Positions 28,838 through 38,243 of a stretch of 64,000 nt of DNA are shown here, piece by piece. Position numbers and translations under genes: made by a program. The notes beneath the pieces are model-generated. The model was not told the DNA's origin, ran no database searches, and worked only from the letters and a program-made list of their open reading frames with translations. Source of the stretch: Candidatus Dojkabacteria bacterium (GTDB lineage: Bacteria > Patescibacteriota > Dojkabacteria > SC72); NCBI GenBank assembly GCA_050950145.1, contig JBMNHB010000001.1, forward strand, positions 208,511 through 272,510, written 5' to 3'. Numbering within the stretch: position 1 is the first letter of the stretch; the number at the start of each line of letters is the position of its first letter.

Positions 28838-31747
28838 ATGTTCAAGTTTCTAACAAAAATATTTGATTCAAATGAAAAACAATTGGCTAAGATACAGCCA
28901 ATTATTGATGATATTAATGATAGGGAGAAGAGTATCTCTAAACTTTCTGATGAAGAGCTAAAAGCAAAGACAGAGCAGTTAAGGAAAGAGATAGGGGTTG
29001 ATTTGGAAACAGCAAGAACTGATTTTACAACCCTTAATGATGAGGAACTCAAAAAGAATTTAGATGAAGAGAAGAAAAAGTTGTATGAGTTACTTCCTGA
29101 GGCATTTGCTGTTGTAAGAGAAGCTTCAAAAAGAGTTGCTAATCATAGGCATTTTGATGTTCAGTTAATGGCTGGATATGTTTTGTTTGATAACAAGATT
29201 GCTGAGTTGTTTACAGGTGAGGGTAAGACTTTAGCTGCGAATCTTCCTCTGTATCTTTACGCTTTAACTGGAAGAGGAGCACACTTAGTTACAGTAAATG
29301 ATTACTTAGCAAGAAGAGATGCGGAGTGGACAGGACATATTCTTCATTCTTTAGGTATGACTGTAGGAGCAATTAACTCTGGAAAGCAGTACAGATTTAT
29401 AGACGATGAGGAAGCTATTAAGATTAAAGGAGATGAAGCGAAGAAGTTGATTAAGGAGAGGGATGCGAAGCTTAAGGAGGCAGGAAGATTGAAGTATGAT
29501 CATATGAGTGGTGTAAATCTTGTTGAGTGTACAAAACAGGAGACATATGCTTGTGATGTTGTATATGGTACTAACAGTGAGTTTGGTTTTGACTATCTTA
29601 GGGATAATATGGCTAGAAGTTTAGAAGAGAGAGTACAAGGTCCTAGATATTTTGTAATTGTTGATGAGGCTGACTCCATTTTAATTGATGAGGCGAGAAC
29701 TCCTTTGATTATCTCTACTAGTGCAGATACAGCTAATGACTTGTACAGACAATTTGCAAGTATTGTTAATTCATTGCAAAAAGAAGTTCACTATACAGTG
29801 GATGAAAAAGCACATGCAGTATCACTTAATCAGGAAGGTATGGATACGGTTGAGAAGATGCTTAAGGTAAAAAATGTATATGAGAATGCACAGTTGGCAT
29901 ATCATCTGGATAATGCACTTAAAGCAAAAGAACTCTATCACTTGGATGATGAATATATGATTAGGAATGGTGAGATACTCATTGTTGATGAATTTACAGG
30001 TAGAGCGATGGAGGGAAGAAGATACAGTGAAGGTCTTCATCAGGCAATTGAAGCAAAGGAGGGTGTAGAGGTAAAGAAGGAATCTAAGACAATGGCAACA
30101 ATTACATTGCAGAACTTCTTTAGACTTTATACATATCTTTCAGGTATGACAGGTACAGCTATAACTGAGGCAGAGGAATTTTCACAAATCTATCATCTTG
30201 ATACCATTGTTGTTCCTACTAATAGAGAGGTTGTAAGACAGGACTACACAGATGTTGTTTACAGAACTCAGGAAGGGAAGTTTAAGGCAATAGTTAGAGA
30301 GATAGTTGAGAGACATGCAAAAGGACAACCAATATTAGTTGGTACTACATCAGTAGAGAAGTCTGAAATTCTTTCAGATATGTTAAGAAAGGAAGGAATT
30401 AAGCACAATGTTCTTAATGCAAAGCAGCATGAACTTGAGGCTAAGATTGTAGCAGAGGCAGGACAGTTAGGGGCTGTAACAATTGCAACTAATATGGCTG
30501 GTAGAGGTACAGATATTGCTCTAGGTGAAGGTGTAAAGGAAGTAGGAGGGTTGTATGTAATTGGTTCTGAAAGACATGAGTCAAGAAGAATTGATAATCA
30601 GTTAAGAGGTAGGTCTGGTAGACAGGGAGATCCAGGAGAATCTAAATTCTTTGTTTCTTTTGAAGATGATCTGATGAGAATATTTGGTGGGGATAGGATG
30701 AAGATGATAATGGGGCAGGTTGGTTTAGATGATGATATAGAAGTATCTGTAGGTGTGATTGGTAAGTCAATTGAGAATGCACAGAAGAAAGTTGAGGCAT
30801 CAAACTATGATATTCGTAAAAGACTAGTTGAGTATGATGATGTCTTAAATCAACAAAGAGAAATAATATATACCTTAAGAAGAAAGATTTTGGAGATAGA
30901 TCTAAAGAGTGATGTAAAGCTTACAGAGAAGGATTTGGAGAAGGATATGAAGATTGTTAAGGAGGTAGATATTGAGAGTGTACAGGATAGTTTTGATGGT
31001 TTTGCTCTTAACAGGCCAGATAGTTGGGATACATACGGACTTAGAGATGTGAAGTATCCATTCTCACCACTGGATAAGTGGATTCTTAAGAAGACCTTAG
31101 AATATATTGATTTCCTCATTGCATCTTCGTTGGAAGATGATATGAAGATTGATAATATTGAGGAGAGAGGAATATATACCAATGTTATTAATCTTCTTAC
31201 TGAGGATTTAGTTGATGTTGCTTCTGTATCTCTTGGTTACAAAGATACAACAGAGATGTTTAGAAAATTCTATACTCTTTCTAGAGTAGAGAGTACAAGT
31301 GAACTTAAAAGATTAATTCTTTGTGCATTTACAATACATACTTACTCTATTGGTGTTGAAGCTATGAATTCTCTTTCTAGATACTTAATTCTTCAGTCAT
31401 TTGATAGATTCTGGATGGAACATTTAGATACTATGACAGATTTAAGAGAGGGTATATCTTTAAGAAACTTAGCACAGAAAGATCCTCTTGTTGAATACAA
31501 GAATGAAGGATTTGAGATGTTTGATGAGATGTTAAGAAAGATAGATGATTTTGTTGTAACAAGATTCTTTAAGGTTAGATTAGTTTCTAATGAGCCAGAG
31601 AGAAGGCAACAGGTATCACGAAGTGAGGATAACAGACCAGGTAAGGTTGGTAAGCAGAAGACTGTTAAGAAAGGAAACAAGGTAGGAAGAAATGATCCTT
31701 GTCCATGTGGTAGTGGCAAGAAATACAAAAAATGTTGTGGGAGATAA
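28838..31747 (+). CDS. secA: Preprotein translocase ATPase SecA
   Basis: 969 aa. DEAD-like motor motifs (VIVDEADSILIDEARTPLIIS, MAGRGTDI) and a C-terminal zinc finger CPCGSGKKYKKCCG. Confidence 0.95.
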   Translation: MFKFLTKIFDSNEKQLAKIQPIIDDINDREKSISKLSDEELKAKTEQLRKEIGVDLETARTDFTTLNDEELKKNLDEEKKKLYELLPEAFAVVREASKRVANHRHFDVQLMAGYVLFDNKIAELFTGEGKTLAANLPLYLYALTGRGAHLVTVNDYLARRDAEWTGHILHSLGMTVGAINSGKQYRFIDDEEAIKIKGDEAKKLIKERDAKLKEAGRLKYDHMSGVNLVECTKQETYACDVVYGTNSEFGFDYLRDNMARSLEERVQGPRYFVIVDEADSILIDEARTPLIISTSADTANDLYRQFASIVNSLQKEVHYTVDEKAHAVSLNQEGMDTVEKMLKVKNVYENAQLAYHLDNALKAKELYHLDDEYMIRNGEILIVDEFTGRAMEGRRYSEGLHQAIEAKEGVEVKKESKTMATITLQNFFRLYTYLSGMTGTAITEAEEFSQIYHLDTIVVPTNREVVRQDYTDVVYRTQEGKFKAIVREIVERHAKGQPILVGTTSVEKSEILSDMLRKEGIKHNVLNAKQHELEAKIVAEAGQLGAVTIATNMAGRGTDIALGEGVKEVGGLYVIGSERHESRRIDNQLRGRSGRQGDPGESKFFVSFEDDLMRIFGGDRMKMIMGQVGLDDDIEVSVGVIGKSIENAQKKVEASNYDIRKRLVEYDDVLNQQREIIYTLRRKILEIDLKSDVKLTEKDLEKDMKIVKEVDIESVQDSFDGFALNRPDSWDTYGLRDVKYPFSPLDKWILKKTLEYIDFLIASSLEDDMKIDNIEERGIYTNVINLLTEDLVDVASVSLGYKDTTEMFRKFYTLSRVESTSELKRLILCAFTIHTYSIGVEAMNSLSRYLILQSFDRFWMEHLDTMTDLREGISLRNLAQKDPLVEYKNEGFEMFDEMLRKIDDFVVTRFFKVRLVSNEPERRQQVSRSEDNRPGKVGKQKTVKKGNKVGRNDPCPCGSGKKYKKCCGR

Positions 31748-31822
31748 AAGTATTATAAAAAATTTTTACTTATACTTCTTATAGTAGAGAGAATAGTTTT
31801 ATTTTGAAGGAGGAGATTAGTA

Positions 31823-32872
31823 GTGAATAGTACAAAAGAACGTAATTATAATGTTGATTTTTTGAGAGGAATTGCTGCTCTTTGTATAATTTTAATACAT
31901 ACAGCTTGGTGGTTGGGTGAGAGCTATACTCCATTAGCATTTAGAAATTTATGTCTTTTTATTGATGTTCCAGTATTTATATATTTAGCTGGGTATTCAT
32001 TTAATTATAGTGGATCGATAATAAAAAATATAAAAGGGTTTTTAATGCAGTGGTTCAAATGGATTGTATTTCTAGTATTTTATTTCTTGATAATGTTTTT
32101 GTTTTTCAGAAACGATTTACATATTAACGAAATACTTTATTGGCTGGCTTTTAAATTCCCAACTCCACAACCATTTCCTATTGTAAATGGTTCTATGTGG
32201 TTTATGTATATGTATTTAAAAGTAAGTTTTGTAGGATCCATAATAATAGTTTTATTGAAAAAATATGCATCTGCAAGTTATATAGAAAGTTACTTAACTT
32301 GTGTGTTCTTTTGTTTAATCCTATTTATAATTTCTTCTACAGTTGGTAATATACTTTTCTTTGATTCCCAATTAGCTTTTTATTTATTAATTTACCTGAT
32401 TGGTTATTTATCAAATGATTATAAAGTAAAGAATTTTAAGCAATTCCTTTTATATGAAATAATATTATTGTTAATAACTATTGTGGTGTTTAAGGTATAT
32501 GGAATAAATATAACTAATATTCAAAATATTAAGTGGTCACTTCAGATACCATATTTGTTCTTTGCATTACATTCAATAATATTATTCTGGTATTTAAAAG
32601 ATGTTCTAAAAATAAAAGGAGGGAATATAATTAATTATGTTGGTAAAAATGCGATTTACTTTTATTTTTCACAGGGAGTAGCTTGTTCGTTAAGTTATTT
32701 TATCATTAAATATTACTCAGATTATTGTTTCCCACTTAAATTTTTAACAACTTTAATTTTTAATATTGTTGTTACCGTAATTGTTGCAATTATATTAGTT
32801 AATTCGTATAACTTATTATCGAAATTATTAAGGAAAATAAATCTTTCGTTTTTAGTTCCTTCTAAACAATAG
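31823..32872 (+). CDS. Acyltransferase family 3 (OafA/YrhL-like) membrane O-acyltransferase
   Basis: NYNVDFLRGIAALCIILIHTAWW Acyl_transf_3 N-terminal motif. About 10 TM helices. GTG start. Confidence 0.7.
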   Translation: MNSTKERNYNVDFLRGIAALCIILIHTAWWLGESYTPLAFRNLCLFIDVPVFIYLAGYSFNYSGSIIKNIKGFLMQWFKWIVFLVFYFLIMFLFFRNDLHINEILYWLAFKFPTPQPFPIVNGSMWFMYMYLKVSFVGSIIIVLLKKYASASYIESYLTCVFFCLILFIISSTVGNILFFDSQLAFYLLIYLIGYLSNDYKVKNFKQFLLYEIILLLITIVVFKVYGINITNIQNIKWSLQIPYLFFALHSIILFWYLKDVLKIKGGNIINYVGKNAIYFYFSQGVACSLSYFIIKYYSDYCFPLKFLTTLIFNIVVTVIVAIILVNSYNLLSKLLRKINLSFLVPSKQ

Positions 32873-32931
32873 AAGGATGTGTTGTATGATTTAATTTGTA
32901 GATATTAATAGTGTCATCTTAAATAATTCTT

Positions 32932-32981
32932 GACAGACTTAAGAGAGGGTATATCTTTAAGAAACTTAGCATAGAAAGATA
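32932..32981 (+). pseudogene. 50-nt near-identical copy (2 mismatches) of internal secA coding sequence (31434-31483, encoding DLREGISLRNLAQKD), non-coding here
   Basis: Direct alignment: ttgacagacttaagagagggtatatctttaagaaacttagcatagaaagat versus secA atgacagatttaagagagggtatatctttaagaaacttagcacagaaagat. Confidence 0.7.
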
Positions 32982-33124
32982 AAATTTTTCAAATAATCCT
33001 AAATTATAGTTTTCAATCACTTTTCTAAAATATTCCTTTTTGCTTAAAATCCTTGTAATAGTAGGAAAAAGTAGAAAATATTTTTTCTTTGGAATATTGG
33101 TAAAAACCTTACGCTATGGGTTTC

Positions 33125-33160
33125 TTGACACACTATACGCCCTATACTATTCTAGATATA
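33125..33160 (+). promoter_or_regulatory. Candidate sigma70-like promoter (TTGACA-N18-TATTCT) immediately upstream of the 33165 ORF
   Basis: cttgacacactatacgccctatactattctagatatacaatATG. The -35 is a perfect hexamer; the -10 is weak. Confidence 0.3.
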
Positions 33161-33164
33161 CAAT

Positions 33165-33686
33165 ATGGCAACACCTAAGAAAACAAAAAAAGATGAATTA
33201 ATACCAACAAGAAGAAGTATACATGTAATATATCTCTCTTGTCCTCACTGTAGTCATGAAATGGATTATATAAAACTATGTCCTCAATGTAATGAACCAA
33301 TGAAAGTTATTGATGTTGTTGAGAAGTTTGGAGAGGATGCAGATAGATTTCTTAAGAGGCTAGAAAAGAGAAAAGAGGAAGGTTCTAATGGAGATAGTGT
33401 TGTTGGATTAGCAGCAGAAGATGAAATGGTAGGAATAGATAAAGAAGAACCTAACATTATCTTAATGGGTGCTGATGACTCATTAGATGATGGTATTGAT
33501 CCAGTAGCAACAGATGATAGCTCTCTTGATGTAATCTTTCCTGATGATGGTGAATCTGTTTCTACAGAACCTGTATCAGTAGATGATGATTTAGCTAAAG
33601 CTTTAGAGCAATTAGATTCAGAGGAAGAGGAGAATATAACTGCAGAGGACTTTGGATTTGATGATGGTGAGATTCCTGAGTTATAA
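33165..33686 (+). CDS. Hypothetical protein with an N-terminal zinc ribbon (CPHC...CPQC) and a highly acidic Asp/Glu-rich C-terminal half
   Basis: CPHCSHEMDYIKLCPQCNEPM, followed by a D/E-rich low-complexity tail. Confidence 0.5.
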   Translation: MATPKKTKKDELIPTRRSIHVIYLSCPHCSHEMDYIKLCPQCNEPMKVIDVVEKFGEDADRFLKRLEKRKEEGSNGDSVVGLAAEDEMVGIDKEEPNIILMGADDSLDDGIDPVATDDSSLDVIFPDDGESVSTEPVSVDDDLAKALEQLDSEEEENITAEDFGFDDGEIPEL

Positions 33687-33741
33687 TATCCCATGTTAGA
33701 TTTCAAAAAGGGAAACGAATAAATTAACCATCTTTTTCAGT

Positions 33742-34296
33742 ATGAAAAACATAATAGTAGCTGTAGTAGGTCTTTGTGGTGCTGGTAAATCAGAAGTAAC
33801 CAATATCTTTGTTGAAAATAACTTTGAAAAGGTATATTTCGGAGATGTTACCTTTGATGAGATGAAAAAAAGAAGTATAGAGGTTACTCCTGAAAATGAA
33901 AGATTAATGAGAGAGGAACTTAGAGCAACAAATGATATGGCAATATATGCTAAAAAGAGTGAACCTAAGATAAAGAAAGCATATGAAGAAGGTAAAAATG
34001 TTGTAGTAGAGAGTCTCTATTCATGGAGTGAGTATAAATATCTTAAAGAGATATACAAAGATAATTTTAAATTACTAGCAGTTGTAACAGATAGAGATCT
34101 AAGAGCTGAGAGGTTAAAGAACAGACCAAATAGACCTCTTACAGATGAGGAAGTTACTCAAAGAGATTATTCTGAGATAGAGAATATTGAAAAAGCAGGA
34201 CCAATTGCTATTGCAGATCACTTTGTTTTAAATAATGGAAGTTTTGAAGAATTAAAAGAACAGGTACAAGGATATATTGATACTATAACATCATAG
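33742..34296 (+). CDS. P-loop nucleotide kinase, dephospho-CoA kinase (CoaE)-like
   Basis: Walker A VVGLCGAGKSEV. The C-terminal region LLAVVTDRDLRAERLKNR...DEEV...ADHFVLNNGSFEEL parallels CoaE VLVVDVSPETQLKR...IDNNG. Confidence 0.5.
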   Translation: MKNIIVAVVGLCGAGKSEVTNIFVENNFEKVYFGDVTFDEMKKRSIEVTPENERLMREELRATNDMAIYAKKSEPKIKKAYEEGKNVVVESLYSWSEYKYLKEIYKDNFKLLAVVTDRDLRAERLKNRPNRPLTDEEVTQRDYSEIENIEKAGPIAIADHFVLNNGSFEELKEQVQGYIDTITS

Positions 34297-34642
34297 ATTG
34301 TTTAAGAAGTTCTGATATTATTTCAAAATTATCATCTGGTGAGTTTTTTACCTTATGTGTGTATCCACATTTTTTACACCTATACCCTATTTTATACCCC
34401 TCCCTTTTCATCTCTGCTGAGATTGGTTCCATAAGTCCTTCACATTTACAATTCCTATCACCAGGATTAATATCAACATGTTTAGAGTAAAGACATTTAG
34501 GACAGTGGTCAGTATATCCATCTCCTTGAACAAAGGTACCACAATTTTCACATATGAAGTCTTCTATCCTACGTATAAACTTTCTACCCTCATAATCTGT
34601 ATTTTTATCCTCTGTTTTGTTGTTCATAGTACAATTATACAA
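34283..34642 (-). CDS. RNHCP-domain zinc-binding protein
   Basis: FICENCGTFVQGDGYTDHCPKCLYSKHVDINPGDRNCKCEGLMEP matches the RNHCP family pattern (CxxCG...HCPxCLxSxHVDxxPGDR...C.G.M.P). Confidence 0.55.
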   Translation of the reverse strand: MYNCTMNNKTEDKNTDYEGRKFIRRIEDFICENCGTFVQGDGYTDHCPKCLYSKHVDINPGDRNCKCEGLMEPISAEMKREGYKIGYRCKKCGYTHKVKNSPDDNFEIISELLKQSMML

Positions 34643-34679
34643 CAGATGATATTAGTATAATTGTAATGTATAATGTCCC

Positions 34680-35861
34680 ATGTCTAATCTTCACAACATA
34701 TATCCCAAAGTAGCAATAGTTGCTGATCAAATGACAGCTTTTGGTGGTGCAGATAGAGAAATGATATCAATGTTAAAAGTATTTCCAAAAGCAGACATAT
34801 TCACAGTACTCTTCTACAAAGAGAAATACCCAATGATAAAGAATAAGGTATATACAAGCTTTGTACAAAAACTAACAAAAATATTTGGTAAAAACTTCAG
34901 TAGGCATCTCAAAGTACTTAATCCTTTTGCTTATGAAAAATTTTCTTTAGATGGATATGACCTAGTAATATCAATATCAGCTGGATCTGGTAAATCTGTA
35001 ATTACAGGTATAGACCAACCTCATTTAGCAATGGTAATGACCCCTCCCAGAAGTCTTTGGGATAATGAACTCAATGTAAGAGGATCAAAACTTAAATGGT
35101 TCTACAAACCTCTTTCTCATATTCTTAACACATACCTAAGAGTATGGGATATTAGTATTGCAAAAAGGGTAGATTACTGGAGTGCAAATTCTAAATTTGT
35201 AGCAAGAAAAATTAAAAAGACATATGGAGTAGATGCCAAAGTACTCTATCCAGGTGTAGAAGAGAAGTATTTTAAACAAGTAAAAAATAGTAAAGAAGGT
35301 AAAAAGATTTTAGCTAGCCTCAAAGATAAATATGACATACCAGATGATTTTGTTTTAGTAGTATCTAGGCTTTACGACTACAAGAGAGTTGATTGGGCAA
35401 TACGATCATGTATTCAGAGTGGTGATAATTTAGTGATTGTAGGAGAAGGACCGGATAGGAGATATTTAGAGAAGATAGCAAAAGGACACAAGAATATCCA
35501 ATTTATTGGTTTTGTTAAAGATGAAGAAGTAAAAGTGCTATATGAAATTGCAAAAGTATTACTCTTCTGTGGAATTGAAGATTTTGGATTAGTACCCCTT
35601 GAAGCGATGGCATCAGGTACGCCTGTATTAGCATATGGATATGGAGGTGTTTTGGAAACAGTAAAAGAGGGTGTAACAGGTGAGTTTTTCCTTAGTCAAG
35701 ATGAACTAACTGATTTACTTAAGAATTACAAAAGAAACAGGTATAATGAGGAAGATATTGTAAAGCATGCCCAAGAGTTCTCAGAAGAAAAATTTTTAAT
35801 TAACTTTTCTAATTACATAAAAGAAATTTATGAAAAAGAAAAAGTATCCAGCATGGCTTAA
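34680..35861 (+). CDS. GT4 glycosyltransferase
   Basis: EDFGLVPLEAMASGTPVLAYGYGGVLETV is the Glycos_transf_1 signature. Confidence 0.8.
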   Translation: MSNLHNIYPKVAIVADQMTAFGGADREMISMLKVFPKADIFTVLFYKEKYPMIKNKVYTSFVQKLTKIFGKNFSRHLKVLNPFAYEKFSLDGYDLVISISAGSGKSVITGIDQPHLAMVMTPPRSLWDNELNVRGSKLKWFYKPLSHILNTYLRVWDISIAKRVDYWSANSKFVARKIKKTYGVDAKVLYPGVEEKYFKQVKNSKEGKKILASLKDKYDIPDDFVLVVSRLYDYKRVDWAIRSCIQSGDNLVIVGEGPDRRYLEKIAKGHKNIQFIGFVKDEEVKVLYEIAKVLLFCGIEDFGLVPLEAMASGTPVLAYGYGGVLETVKEGVTGEFFLSQDELTDLLKNYKRNRYNEEDIVKHAQEFSEEKFLINFSNYIKEIYEKEKVSSMA

Positions 35862-37014
35862 TGATATTAAAGTAGCAGTAGTCTATGAACCTCTGTATAA
35901 AATGGGTGGAGGAGAATTACATTTGAAATATATTCTTGATGCTTTTCCTAACTCAGAACTATTTACAGCATACTATGATCAAGAAATTGTTGAAGAGCAT
36001 TTCAAAGGTGTAAAAGTTCACTCTTCTTTTATGCAGAAATTGCCCTGGAAAGATAAATTAAGATATATATATCTCCTTCTTAATCCTTTGGCTTACAAAA
36101 GTTTCAACTTTAAAAATTATGATGTAATAATTTCACTCTCTTCTCATTTTGCTAAGTTTGCACATACAAATGGTGTACCACATATAGATGATTGCATGAC
36201 TCCTCCGAAATTTCTTTGGCAAAAAGATGATAGAACATTGAAAGATAAAAAGCAGTTGAGTGGTATAAATAGATTTTTCTTTGGGATATATTCCTTTTTT
36301 ATGGATACATTTTTTGAAAGGTTATGGCAAAAATGGGATAGGAATGCAGCAAGGAGATGTACAAGGATAATTGCTAATTCTGAGGTTGTAAAAAAGAGAA
36401 TTAAGAAATTCTATGATTTAGACTCTGATGTAATATATCCTCCTGTAGAAGTAAGTAAAATACTTGAATATCCTAAAGTTAATCGTAAAGAAAATTGGTA
36501 TCTCTATCTTGGCAGGGTAGAAAGATACAAAGGAGTACACCTTGCAATTAAAGCTTGTGATAGATTAGACCTACCACTTAAAATTGCAGGAGCAGGACAA
36601 GATCTAGAAGCTATGAAAGAACTAGTTGATAAACTTGGTGCAAAGGGGATAGTAAAGTTCTTAGGCTTTGTTTCAGAAGAAGAAAAATACGACCTAATGA
36701 GTAAAGCCAGAGCTTTGATTCTTCCAATTAGAGGAGAAGATTTTGGTATAGTACCAGTAGAAGCAAATGCTTTCGGTACACCTGTAATCGCATATAGGGA
36801 TGGTGGTGTGCTGGAGACAATATCAGAAGAAAATCCTGCTACAGGTGTTTTCTTTGATAAATATACAGTAGATTCTCTTGTTGAGGTTCTAAAAAACTTC
36901 AAACCAGAGAAATATACACATGATAACTGTGTAAAACAGGCACAAAACTTTGCTTCTGAAATATTCATTTACAAACTTCAGAACTATGTTAAAGACACTT
37001 TACAAGATAAGTAA
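35830..37014 (+). CDS. GT4 glycosyltransferase (paralog of the upstream gene)
   Basis: EDFGIVPVEANAFGTPVIAYRDGGVLETI. Overlaps the upstream GT4 by 32 nt. Confidence 0.8.
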   Translation: MKKKKYPAWLNDIKVAVVYEPLYKMGGGELHLKYILDAFPNSELFTAYYDQEIVEEHFKGVKVHSSFMQKLPWKDKLRYIYLLLNPLAYKSFNFKNYDVIISLSSHFAKFAHTNGVPHIDDCMTPPKFLWQKDDRTLKDKKQLSGINRFFFGIYSFFMDTFFERLWQKWDRNAARRCTRIIANSEVVKKRIKKFYDLDSDVIYPPVEVSKILEYPKVNRKENWYLYLGRVERYKGVHLAIKACDRLDLPLKIAGAGQDLEAMKELVDKLGAKGIVKFLGFVSEEEKYDLMSKARALILPIRGEDFGIVPVEANAFGTPVIAYRDGGVLETISEENPATGVFFDKYTVDSLVEVLKNFKPEKYTHDNCVKQAQNFASEIFIYKLQNYVKDTLQDK

Positions 37015-37642
37015 GAGATTACTAGATATTATCTTTTCTCTCTTTCTGTTAATTCTTTTTCTACCACTACTTCTTTTAGTGTCTTTCTTGATTTGGATCT
37101 CTGATAGAGGAGAGATATTTGTAAAAGAACCGCTAAGAAGAGGTTTAGATGGAAAGGAGTTTAGAATGTTTAAATTCCGAACAATGATTCCTAATGCACA
37201 TAAGGAATTGATAGAGAATCCTAACTATGCAACCTTGAAAAAGGAATGGGAGAAGAATGGAAATAAACTTTCTACAAAAGAGGATAGTAGAGTGACTTGG
37301 ATAGGTAGAATTCTTAGGAAAACAGATGTGGATGAATTACCTCAACTAATTAATGTCCTCTGGGGGGAGATGTCTCTTGTGGGTCCAAGACCAACATATA
37401 CATATGAGATGAAGGAACATCTGAGGAAGTATCCAGAAGATATTAAGTATTTAGAAAACATTTTTACTGTTAGACCTGGTATGACAGGAATATGGCAAGT
37501 ATCAGGTAGAAACAAAATTCCTTTTCACAAAAGATTAATTATGGATTCTAAGTATGTAGATCAAATGAACTTGTTTACTGATATTATAATTTTACTTAAA
37601 ACACCATATATTGTATTAACTAGGAAAGGAGCATATGAGTAG
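36986..37642 (+). CDS. Polyprenyl-phosphate hexose-1-phosphate transferase (bacterial sugar transferase, WbaP/WcaJ-like small form)
   Basis: N-terminal TM helix (LLDIIFSLFLLILFLPLLLLVSFLIW), then KEFRMFKFRTM and VDELPQLINVLWGEMSLVGPRP Bac_transf motifs. Start chosen at the internal ATG at 36986. Confidence 0.8.
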   Translation: MLKTLYKISKRLLDIIFSLFLLILFLPLLLLVSFLIWISDRGEIFVKEPLRRGLDGKEFRMFKFRTMIPNAHKELIENPNYATLKKEWEKNGNKLSTKEDSRVTWIGRILRKTDVDELPQLINVLWGEMSLVGPRPTYTYEMKEHLRKYPEDIKYLENIFTVRPGMTGIWQVSGRNKIPFHKRLIMDSKYVDQMNLFTDIIILLKTPYIVLTRKGAYE

Positions 37643-38243
37643 AGATATTGTTACTGTTATAAAATCGGTGAACTATTCAGAGGCAGATAAGGTGCTTACT
37701 GTGTTTGGAAAAGAGAGAGGGAAATTTGTTCTTTTTGCTAAGGGTATAAGGAAGATAAATAGTAAGAATAGGGGGAATATGCAGACTTTTTCTACAAGTA
37801 AAATATCTTTCTATGAGGGAAAAGGTATGCCTCTTCTTACAGAATCTGAATTGGTAGACAGTTTGGATTTAGACAATCTACATGTTACCAATGTGAAAAG
37901 AGTCCTGTTTATGCTGAATAAATTTCTTCAGGAAGGAGAGAGCTATCCAGAACTTTTTAATTCTTTACAAAGAGGTCTTAGGAAAGGGTTTGATACAGAG
38001 TCCACAAACAAGCTTAGGATGATATTTTTGAAAGAGATGGGTTTTTTAGATGATTTTACTCATTGTAAATGTTGTGGAAGTAGTGAAGATATTGTATATT
38101 TAGATGTAGAAAACTTTGCACTTGTGTGTAAAAATTGTTACAGTATACAAAAGGCAAAACCATTGGGAGATAAGCCTTATGAATCCAAAGTTTTAACTAA
38201 TGCTTTGGATAAATATATTAAAAAAGTAGTTGAAGAAATATAA
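37635..38243 (+). CDS. recO: DNA repair protein RecO
   Basis: N-terminal OB-fold VIKSVNYSEADKVLTVFGKERGKFVLFAKGIRK and C-terminal zinc motif CKCCGSS...CKNC. Confidence 0.75.
   Translation: MSRDIVTVIKSVNYSEADKVLTVFGKERGKFVLFAKGIRKINSKNRGNMQTFSTSKISFYEGKGMPLLTESELVDSLDLDNLHVTNVKRVLFMLNKFLQEGESYPELFNSLQRGLRKGFDTESTNKLRMIFLKEMGFLDDFTHCKCCGSSEDIVYLDVENFALVCKNCYSIQKAKPLGDKPYESKVLTNALDKYIKKVVEEI

Noticed and set aside
33284-33706. 140-aa minus-strand ORF rich in Ser/Pro
   Set aside because: It lies entirely antisense to the Asp/Glu-rich zinc-ribbon gene and is low-complexity. It is the mirror image of GAT/GAA-rich codons, not an independent gene.
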